Assembly (NCBI RefSeq): GCF_009834535.1
Contig: NC_045697.1
Span: forward strand, 18,664,001 to 18,728,000
Direction: 5' to 3'
Source: Camelus ferus
Lineage: Eukaryota
Length of the DNA stretch: 64,000 bases
In this document: in pieces, positions 63,741-64,000 of the stretch
Layout: each line of letters begins with the position of its first letter
Position numbering within the stretch: position 1 is the stretch's first letter
Made by a program: the position numbers and the translations under genes
Notes under the pieces: model-generated
Database searches by the model: none
What the model was told of the DNA's origin: nothing
Seen by the model: the letters and a program-made list of their open reading frames with translations, nothing else

Positions 63741-64000
63741 AGACTGGGAGATGATGTATGCACAGGATAAGTCACTTGTATGACTTCTGGATTTTGCATG
63801 GTGAGAGGTTTAAAAATGTCAAGGCAGACAAGCTCTTGGCAGGAAACACGATTTTGAATGACTTTTGCTTTAAACTGTTGATACTTAGGGGAGATGAACT
63901 AATTTACTTGCACAAACCGAAGGTAGTTAATAAAGGAAGGGGACTTTCCTGCAGTAAATGAAAGTGTTTTATACATTAATTTTGGATTACCTAAATAATT

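Larger units (their letters stand above)
44618..64000 (+). other. RBPJ: RBPJ intron following the first exons (continues past window end)
   Basis: Starts at GTAAGT; T-rich non-coding sequence with old repeats; no KFGERPPPKRLTR-encoding exon seen before 64000. Confidence 0.85.

Noticed and set aside
1..64000. Scattered single GTGGGAA matches (for example near 12813, 24032, 63559)
   Set aside because: A 7-mer is expected several times by chance in 64 kb; some lie in old repeats.
1..64000. CRISPR arrays, operons, rRNA, prokaryotic or viral gene systems
   Set aside because: No regularly spaced repeat-spacer structure or dense coding; the sequence is typical mammalian non-coding DNA.

Overview
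Mammalian (eutherian) genomic DNA, most likely camelid: it carries 11 copies of a tRNA-Ala-derived SINE resembling the camelid vic-1 family, and I saw no Alu, B1/B2, Bov-A/BovB or PRE-1. The window holds the 5' end of RBPJ (CSL/RBP-Jk, the Notch pathway DNA-binding effector) on the + strand. A CpG island (~42.5-45.7 kb) contains two recognisable alternative first coding exons ([20 protein letters not shown] at 44326-44384 and MAPVVTG at 44598-44617, both ending in phase 2) plus two further candidate first exons. The ~19 kb after it is intron; I did not find the shared KFGERPPP exon in the window. The other ~42 kb is repeat-rich upstream DNA (L1, L2, MIR, MLT1, an ERV1-like solo LTR, MER53, MER5). 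Nearly all ORFs in the supplied track are spurious. I found no new multi-gene system. The best leads concern RBPJ N-terminal diversity and regulation: a phase-2 micro-exon 32 kb upstream (MPTMFETMR), a mouse-like N-terminal extension that starts at ATC rather than ATG, a remodelled upstream first exon, and an overlapping NF-kB/CSL site in RBPJ's own promoter. Gene and repeat family names come from recall, not database searches, and repeat boundaries are approximate unless target-site duplications (TSDs) are given.
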